DNA from: Candidatus Anderseniibacteriota bacterium
GTDB taxonomy: Bacteria > Patescibacteriota > Andersenbacteria > UBA10190
DNA: 64,000 nucleotides
NCBI GenBank assembly: GCA_021414205.1
Contig: JAIOOW010000002.1
Coordinates: 89,520-153,519 of the forward strand
Direction of reading: 5' to 3'
The notes under the pieces: generated by a model
What the model saw: only the letters and a program-made list of their open reading frames with translations
Databases searched by the model: none
Told to the model about the DNA's origin: nothing
Made by a program: the position numbers and the translations under genes
Shown here: positions 58,062 through 64,000 of the stretch, piece by piece
How positions within the stretch are numbered: position 1 is the first letter of the stretch
Layout of the letters: each line of letters starts with the position of its first letter

Positions 58062-58426
58062 AACGATGACGCATTACAAATAAGCGGTCCCAAATCTTCT
58101 CCGCCAACAATATGAAAATGCAAATGACGCACTTCTTGTCCCGCATGCTTGCCCACATTTGTAATCACGCGATATCCAGATTCAAAAATACCCGCATCGC
58201 GAGCAACATGCGTTGCTTCATGCAATAGCTTGCCAATCATTGCATGGTCATCGCCTTGAATAGCATCGAGTGATACCAAATGCTTTTTAGGAATTCCGAT
58301 AATATGCACAGGAGCCTTCGGATTGATATCTTTGAAAAATAGCGTATCCCCGCCATCAAACAAAACATCTGCAGGAACAGCTTGTTCTGCGATACTACAA
58401 AAAATGCATTCTGATTCAGTCGACAT
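58058..58426 (-). CDS. HIT-family nucleotide hydrolase/transferase
   Basis: HLHFHIVGG histidine triad; start at MSTESECIF. Confidence 0.8.
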   Translation of the reverse strand: MSTESECIFCSIAEQAVPADVLFDGGDTLFFKDINPKAPVHIIGIPKKHLVSLDAIQGDDHAMIGKLLHEATHVARDAGIFESGYRVITNVGKHAGQEVRHLHFHIVGGEDLGPLICNASSL

Positions 58427-58451
58427 ACTAAGCGTAGTATATCGTTTTTTA

Positions 58452-59819
58452 CTACTCGCGTACAATATGCAGCCGTTTTTCCAATTCTTGCACGAGCTTA
58501 TCCCGATCAACAACTTCTTGCATCCCGCTTTCCATGTTTCTCAAAATAACAGTATTATCGATTACTTCTTTTTGTCCGATAATAATCGACCATTCAACCT
58601 TCAGCCTGTCTGCCATATGCAATTGTTGTTGCATGCCGTCCCTATCAATACTTTCAGAAAACGGAATATCTGCATCGCGAAGCTGTTTCATCACCTTAAG
58701 TCCCACAATCTTTGCTTGCTCTCCTAATTGCGCAATAAACAATTGAGGCTGATCCATAATCATCAAATCGATTCCTTCCGCCTTCACACGGTCGATCACG
58801 CGCTCAACTCCGATCCCAGCACCAATCGCAGAGGCCTCTTTGCCACCCAATTCCTTAATCAAGTTATTATATCGACCACCGGCAGCGAATGAACTTTGCT
58901 GACCCTCTCCGCGAGTAGACTTTGGCACAAACTCGAATACAGTGTGCGTGTAATAGTCCAGTCCGCGAACAAGAGATGGGGAAACCTCGTGCGGAACTTC
59001 CAATTCGCGCAAGCTATTGAGAATAAATTCAAAATGCTTTTTCGATGCATCAGACAAATGATCAAGCAATCGCGGTGCAGTATTGCTTACTTGTACACAT
59101 TTTTCCTCTTTGCAATCAAGCAAGCGAAGCGGATTCGTCGTAAGGCGTTCTTTGCAATCACGGCATAATTTTGTTCGATTTCTTCGAAAATGCTCTTTTA
59201 ACAAACCAATATACGTTTTTCTCTCGGATGGCTCGCCCAATGTATTAAGCAGTACAACATAATCCTCTAAGCCAAGCGACTTAAAGTAATTATGCATCAC
59301 GTAAATAAGCTGAACATCGGTAATAGGATTGCCTGCTCCAATAATTTCCAAATCAATTTGATGAAGTTCTCGAAATCTTCCAGCTTGCGGACGATCGTAT
59401 CGGAAAAATGAACCAATTGTGAATAACTTCACCGGCTTCGGCCAGCTTCGCATGCCGTGCTCGATATACGCTCGAATAATTGAAGCAGTTGCCTCTGGAC
59501 GCAGTGAATAATTTGCGCCTTTTCCGCGAGATTTCAATTCAAATAATTCTTTATCAACAATATCTGTACCCTCCCCAATACCGCGCGTAAATAACGCCGT
59601 TTCTTCAAACATAGGAGTTTCGAGCTGCTGGAAGTGCCATCCACGCATGAACGTCTTTGCATTTTCTGTTACATATTCCCAATATTTCTGATCTTGAGGG
59701 AGAATATCTTGCGTACCCCGAGGGCTGTGCAATGGAAATTGAACGGTCTCGGCTGGTGATGTTTTCTTTTTAGATGGCATATGAATGCTCAGTATAGCGA
59801 TGAACGGGGTAAAAATCAA
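58452..59819 (-). CDS. hisS: Histidyl-tRNA synthetase
   Basis: Class II aaRS motifs; RPEATASIIRAY, GGRYNNL. Confidence 0.9.
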   Translation of the reverse strand: MIFTPFIAILSIHMPSKKKTSPAETVQFPLHSPRGTQDILPQDQKYWEYVTENAKTFMRGWHFQQLETPMFEETALFTRGIGEGTDIVDKELFELKSRGKGANYSLRPEATASIIRAYIEHGMRSWPKPVKLFTIGSFFRYDRPQAGRFRELHQIDLEIIGAGNPITDVQLIYVMHNYFKSLGLEDYVVLLNTLGEPSERKTYIGLLKEHFRRNRTKLCRDCKERLTTNPLRLLDCKEEKCVQVSNTAPRLLDHLSDASKKHFEFILNSLRELEVPHEVSPSLVRGLDYYTHTVFEFVPKSTRGEGQQSSFAAGGRYNNLIKELGGKEASAIGAGIGVERVIDRVKAEGIDLMIMDQPQLFIAQLGEQAKIVGLKVMKQLRDADIPFSESIDRDGMQQQLHMADRLKVEWSIIIGQKEVIDNTVILRNMESGMQEVVDRDKLVQELEKRLHIVRE

Positions 59820-59821
59820 GC

Positions 59822-60490
59822 CTACGACTGAGGGGATACGAAACTTGGTACCAAGGAATGAAACGTCGTAAGTCGATCAAACGGCCACGCGCGAACCCAG
59901 ACTCTCCCGACTATCTCGCTTCTTTTTACCAGCCCCCACACTCTTGAATCAGAACTAGACGGGCGATTATCTCCCAAAACAAAATACTCGTCGCTGCCCA
60001 AGCGAACATCTACCTGGCCTCCCGTAGTAACATCAGATGACAAGTACTGAGATTCATTCAACAATACCCCATTCGGATATGAAGTATTTTTTATTTCAAT
60101 CTGCGAATTATCAATAATAACTTCGTCGCCGGGCAACCCTATAATCCTCTTAATAAAAAATTGCGACTCATCAAGGGGGTATCGAAACACAATAACATCA
60201 TCTCTCTTCGGCTGGCTTAATCGATATGACAACTGATCAATGACCAAGTATTCACCGTTATGAAAATTCGGCTCCATCGATGCGCCACGAACGAAAAATG
60301 GCTGCGCGATGAAGTATCGAATCGGTACAATGATGACCATCGCAAGCAAAAATGCTTTCAGCAATTCCCAAAAGAATGAGCCTACCACCCACACAAACGA
60401 CCGGTTCTCAAACGACTCTTCATCCATATTGGCAAGTTTACTAGGATGCAGTATGATATGCAAGACATGGAAGAACCACATAAAGGGCAT
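59822..60490 (-). CDS. lepB: Signal peptidase I
   Basis: RGASMEPNF, VIVFRYP, GDNRPSSSDSR. Confidence 0.85.
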   Translation of the reverse strand: MPFMWFFHVLHIILHPSKLANMDEESFENRSFVWVVGSFFWELLKAFLLAMVIIVPIRYFIAQPFFVRGASMEPNFHNGEYLVIDQLSYRLSQPKRDDVIVFRYPLDESQFFIKRIIGLPGDEVIIDNSQIEIKNTSYPNGVLLNESQYLSSDVTTGGQVDVRLGSDEYFVLGDNRPSSSDSRVWGLVKRSEIVGRVWVRAWPFDRLTTFHSLVPSFVSPQS

Positions 60491-61900
60491 TCAAACGCAT
60501 TTCGCATTACTCGAGCCATTCTTATCGTTCTCGTTATTTTCCTATTAACTGGCGCGGGCGTATTCGGATATAAAATTCTTTCTGCAAGCAATAGCATTAG
60601 TACTGCGAACCAAACAATCTTCGGACAACTTTCAGACCTCCTGTTTAAATCTGGTAACAAGCTAAAAGGAGAACAAGACGATCGAATCAACATCCTTCTT
60701 ATGGCAATTGGCGGAGATGGTCATGATGGACCGAACCTTAGCGACACCATCATGATCGCCAGCATTCAGCCAAAGGAAAAACGGATTGCTCTCCTCTCTC
60801 TTCCGCGCGACTTATACGTACAGGTACCAGGCCAGCAATTCTACTCAAAATTAAATGCAGTGAACGCATATGGAGAGGCAGCGAAACCTGGAAGCGGAGC
60901 TTCCTTGCTCGAACAAAAAGTGGAAGAGATTACCGGACTTAAAATGGACTACTATGCCCGAGTAGACTTTACGGCATTCAAAAAGATCGTAGATGCAGTT
61001 GGCGGTGTCAACATTAAAATTGATAATGGATTTTTTGACTACTGGCACAAAATCGCCTTCCCTGCAGGGACAGAAACAATGAATGGCGACAGAGCGCTTG
61101 CATATGTTCGAGCCAGGTACGTAGAAGGTCCTGAGGGAGGGGACTTCAAGCGCACGGCGCGACAACAGCAAGTCGTTCTTGCAATCCGCGATAAAGTATT
61201 CTCCGTATCAACTGCGCTTGATTTCAATGCGATCAGCGGAATTTTCTCGTCATTATCTGAAAACATCCGAACAGACATGCAAACATGGGAAATGAAGCGA
61301 TTCTTTGAATTGTTCCGGCAAATCGACCCTTCAAGCTACAAATCTGACGTCATGAGCACTGGCCCGAACGGCATCTTAAAAAGCGACACGGTAATGCTTG
61401 GCGGTGTTCCCGCATCTGTATTAAAAACCCGAACAGGAGATTTTTCAGAAATTAAAACATTAGCCCAAAACATGTTCTCGTCATCAACGGGAACGGATTT
61501 ATCTGCGAATCAAGCAGACACGTCAGTGCATAACATTGATGCAAACGGAGATATTATTCCAAGCATTTCTCCATCAGCATCGCCTACTCCAGATGCAAGC
61601 TCGACACCAGTATCCGCATCCGCAACGATCGAGGTTCGAAACGGAACAAGCACTTCGGGTCTTGCAGGAAAAACAGCAACGAAACTCAAGAGTCTCGGAT
61701 ATAAAGTTATTGCGACAGGTAACGCCGCATCAAAAACGATTACAAAAACAACAGTGTACTCTCCAAATGTCACTCAATCAGACAATGCTACAAAAATCGC
61801 ATCAAGCTTAAACGCATCATCTGCAACAGATATTCCATCTACCGAAGCAAAAACAAAAGCAGATATACTCGTTATCGTCGGATCAGACCAGGCGCAGTAA
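60446..61900 (+). CDS. LytR-CpsA-Psr (LCP) family cell-envelope glycopolymer transferase with C-terminal LytR_C-like domain
   Basis: ILLMAIGGDGHDGPNLSDTIMIASI, LLSLPRDLYV; true start may be an internal Met (60458 or 60467). Confidence 0.8.
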   Translation: MQYDMQDMEEPHKGHSNAFRITRAILIVLVIFLLTGAGVFGYKILSASNSISTANQTIFGQLSDLLFKSGNKLKGEQDDRINILLMAIGGDGHDGPNLSDTIMIASIQPKEKRIALLSLPRDLYVQVPGQQFYSKLNAVNAYGEAAKPGSGASLLEQKVEEITGLKMDYYARVDFTAFKKIVDAVGGVNIKIDNGFFDYWHKIAFPAGTETMNGDRALAYVRARYVEGPEGGDFKRTARQQQVVLAIRDKVFSVSTALDFNAISGIFSSLSENIRTDMQTWEMKRFFELFRQIDPSSYKSDVMSTGPNGILKSDTVMLGGVPASVLKTRTGDFSEIKTLAQNMFSSSTGTDLSANQADTSVHNIDANGDIIPSISPSASPTPDASSTPVSASATIEVRNGTSTSGLAGKTATKLKSLGYKVIATGNAASKTITKTTVYSPNVTQSDNATKIASSLNASSATDIPSTEAKTKADILVIVGSDQAQ

Positions 61901-62444
61901 TTGCTTCAGTTATCGCATCGAGCACGCCTTGCTTCTTGCTATCAAAAATCATTCGTTCTTGTTCCGTAAACTTTTCTAGTACAAAGACATCGATAGGCTT
62001 CTGATCCGCTGGCCTACCAATACCAATCCGCAATCTTGGAACTTCCAATGTTCCCAAATATTCATGAATGCTGCGGACGCCGTTATGGCCTTTCGCACTT
62101 CCAGATTCTTGCAACTTCACTTCGCTTAATGGTAATTCCAAATCGTCATGAACAATAAGAATATTCTTATGATCAACTTCGTTATATCGCAAATACTGCA
62201 TCACCGCTTTCCCGGATTCGTTCATAAAAACATCGGGATATAAAATAGTTATCTTTATATTATTAAAAACAACCTCTTGAATACGCGCATGCAACGATTC
62301 TTTCGATTGAACGACTTGCACATCTGCGCCCCTTTCTCTCGCCAACTCAACCCAGCTCAACACAATATCTTGACCAAGATTATGCCTCGTATTCTTAAAT
62401 TTTTCTCCAGGGTTTCCTAATGCAACAACTAAAACATGCTCCAT
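61872..62444 (-). CDS. pth: Peptidyl-tRNA hydrolase
   Basis: LVVALGNPGEKFKNTRHNLG. Confidence 0.9.
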   Translation of the reverse strand: MEHVLVVALGNPGEKFKNTRHNLGQDIVLSWVELARERGADVQVVQSKESLHARIQEVVFNNIKITILYPDVFMNESGKAVMQYLRYNEVDHKNILIVHDDLELPLSEVKLQESGSAKGHNGVRSIHEYLGTLEVPRLRIGIGRPADQKPIDVFVLEKFTEQERMIFDSKKQGVLDAITEAITAPGLIRR

Positions 62445-63016
62445 TACCCTATCGTACTATTGTCCGCAATGTTCCGCCAGCAAGGTATCTCCTGGAATCT
62501 AGGAGGGGGTGATTCCAGTGAAATATTCTTAACTGGCAGAACGCTAATGACAATAGTGAAAAGGACTCATAAATGTACCCTGAAACAGAAAAGTGTGTCA
62601 AAAGAAAAAGACCCGGAAGCGCAACACGTGCTGCGCCCCGGGCCCCCCTTACAAAGCGGCGAGCACCTTCCAAGGTACCCTGCGTTTGCCGCTTTGGAGC
62701 AGGAGCCGCTACTATAACACTTTATGTGAAATATGCAAGAAAAAACCCGAAGGAAACCGGAAGGTCTCAATCGGGCGAGTCTGAAACTCTGCGCAAGTTC
62801 GCGTAACGCATCAAGCGAACTTATAAAATGTGCACTCCTGCTCGGGTCGCTGGTCTCTTCTTCCATGAAGAGACGGATACGGTCAATGAGTCATGACGCA
62901 TTTCCTCCTCCAAAGAATTCGGCCTAGTAACGACGCCCTTTGTCAGAGAATGAATCTCCGACAATCCGATTTGGGGTCTCGAGAATTCCCAATCGAATAC
63001 TTAGAGTGTAATCCAT
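62445..63016. ncRNA. Candidate structured non-coding element of unknown class (strand undetermined)
   Basis: 570 nt with no credible ORF; locally GC-rich; several perfect hairpins and a long-range GGAGCAGGAG / CTCCTGCTC pairing. Confidence 0.3.
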
Positions 63017-63799
63017 TTATTCTTTTTCGTCAATACCTTTTGCAGACTCCCAAGCAAGGTCAAACAATGCTCGCATCATGTTTGCCATTTGTTCACTTTC
63101 AATGATTACACCAAACAATTTACCAGTAAACGATCCAATAGCAACCCTGTCTCGATAAATTGTCATACCTGCTGGGACAGGAAACTTATTATGGGGGACG
63201 TACCTTCGTTCTGTGTGTCGGCTGAACTCCTGAGATGACCAATATTTTCTCAATTGTTCAGAAGTCGTGGAAAATATCGTCTTACCCTTGATTCCCTTTG
63301 CAACGCGTTGCACATAATTCGTATGTTCATCATCAGGAAAAACTCCCACGAGATGGTCCGCAGGGGTAAAATTATATATCGTATCCTCTGGGCGCGAATA
63401 CATAACTAAATCTCTTCGAATTGCAGCCAAACCCTCTTTACCTTCGAAATATCTAACGGATGGCTTGTCGCCCAGCGCTTTTGTAAGCATCTGCAATTCT
63501 GGCAAAATTTGCTCTAAATCTTTTTGTCGCTGCTCAATAACCTCTTCTTCTTTTTCCAGTAAGCGCATCAACTGGCGCGGAGCTTCGGCAGAAAACATCG
63601 TTTTCTTGCCTTCCTTATATTTTGTGACCAAGCCCATAGCCATCAGCTCTTCTAAAATCACATAGGTAGTAGCCCTCACTACGTCAGCCTTTTTTGCTAT
63701 ATATTGAGCAGGAGAGGGTCCTAATTGCAGGCACGAAAGATACACGGATGCTTGCTTATCCTTAAGACCTAAGCTCATTAATTCTTGGATAAATTCCAT
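63017..63799 (-). CDS. TrmB-family sugar-responsive transcriptional regulator
   Basis: N-terminal wHTH (QASVYLSCLQLGPSPAQYIAKKADVVRATTYVILEELMAMGLV), TrmB-like C-terminal domain; start ATG 63797-63799. Confidence 0.6.
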   Translation of the reverse strand: MEFIQELMSLGLKDKQASVYLSCLQLGPSPAQYIAKKADVVRATTYVILEELMAMGLVTKYKEGKKTMFSAEAPRQLMRLLEKEEEVIEQRQKDLEQILPELQMLTKALGDKPSVRYFEGKEGLAAIRRDLVMYSRPEDTIYNFTPADHLVGVFPDDEHTNYVQRVAKGIKGKTIFSTTSEQLRKYWSSQEFSRHTERRYVPHNKFPVPAGMTIYRDRVAIGSFTGKLFGVIIESEQMANMMRALFDLAWESAKGIDEKE

Positions 63800-63866
63800 A
63801 GGGGGGTTGCTTGAAAACAGAATGTACAGTAACAATATAAGAATGTCAATCATAGACCTATCTCAA

Positions 63867-63890
63867 TTTTGTCAAAGTATTTTGACAAAA
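63867..63890. promoter_or_regulatory. Perfect palindromic operator TTTTGTCAAA-GTAT-TTTGACAAAA upstream of the TrmB-like gene
   Basis: 10-bp perfect inverted repeat with 4-bp spacer, 68 nt upstream of the regulator start. Confidence 0.5.
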
Positions 63891-64000
63891 TACCAACCAG
63901 AATGGGAGGAGTTTCTGCATGACGTCTCAACAGAACTGACAATTTCTCATAAAGAAGTGGGTATTTCACTGCCGGAAAACCTCAATTTGATGTTCGCGAG

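Noticed and set aside
62573-62806. 77-aa very basic ORF (MYPETEKCVKRKRPG...) with an AAGGA RBS inside the GC-rich region
   Set aside because: It overlaps GC-rich palindromic hairpins and has composition unlike the genome's real genes. No recognisable family. Left as an alternative explanation under the ncRNA finding.
62445-63016. tmRNA or SRP RNA assignment for the GC-rich intergenic region
   Set aside because: The 5' GGGGGUGAUUCC resembles the tmRNA start, but no complementary 3' acceptor, T-arm or CCA was found. CCGGAAGG matches only half of the SRP domain IV consensus. Insufficient for a call without a covariance-model search.
1-64000. CRISPR arrays, tRNA genes, rRNA genes, IS elements/transposases, integrases
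   Set aside because: No tandem repeat-spacer structure, no tRNA-like T-loop/acceptor pattern, no rRNA blocks and no transposase- or integrase-like ORFs were recognised by eye. This is a limited search, since tRNAscan/ISfinder-type tools were not available.

Overview
The window reads as a compact, mostly minus-strand segment of a Candidate Phyla Radiation (Patescibacteria)-type bacterial chromosome. Supporting signs are the missing L30 between rpsE and rplO, extended L22 and L23, an L24 with a zinc ribbon, divergent gene starts only about 20 nt apart, and many near-consensus TTGACA-N16/17-TATAAT promoters. GC looks mid-40s % by eye. In order, the window holds: partial lepA; a cupin; a ~440 nt hairpin-rich non-coding stretch; a cell-surface glycan cluster (MurJ-like flippase, DUF4012 protein, three GT4 glycosyltransferases, a Wzz-like protein and a WbaP-like priming transferase) that contains one GC-rich gene with its own promoter and terminator; RNase P RNA; rnhA; a Cys-rich small membrane protein next to a minimal metzincin and an O-methyltransferase; an orphan gene carrying three GCGATCGC (HIP1) octamers; recJ; a glycolytic block (eno, pgk, gap, pfkB, fba, tpiA); a GT2; a galT-like gene; uppS and ispA; ruvX; map; adk; secY and the spc/S10 ribosomal protein array; tuf; fusA; rpsG; rpsL; an M50 protease; rpmB; an rlmI-like gene; nth; ndk; a split comEC; ftsZ; ftsA; dgkA; ybeY; a TSP3-repeat surface protein; rpsU; a VirB2-like small protein; a HIT protein; hisS; lepB; an LCP protein; pth; a ~570 nt GC-rich structured non-coding region; and a TrmB-like regulator with a perfect palindromic operator. 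The most unusual features are two orphan insertions, each gene with its own promoter and terminator. One splits rpsJ from rplC. The other splits fusA from tuf, and one of its proteins carries a DUF4157-like zincin HExxH motif. All calls come from reading the sequence by eye; no database or covariance-model searches were run.
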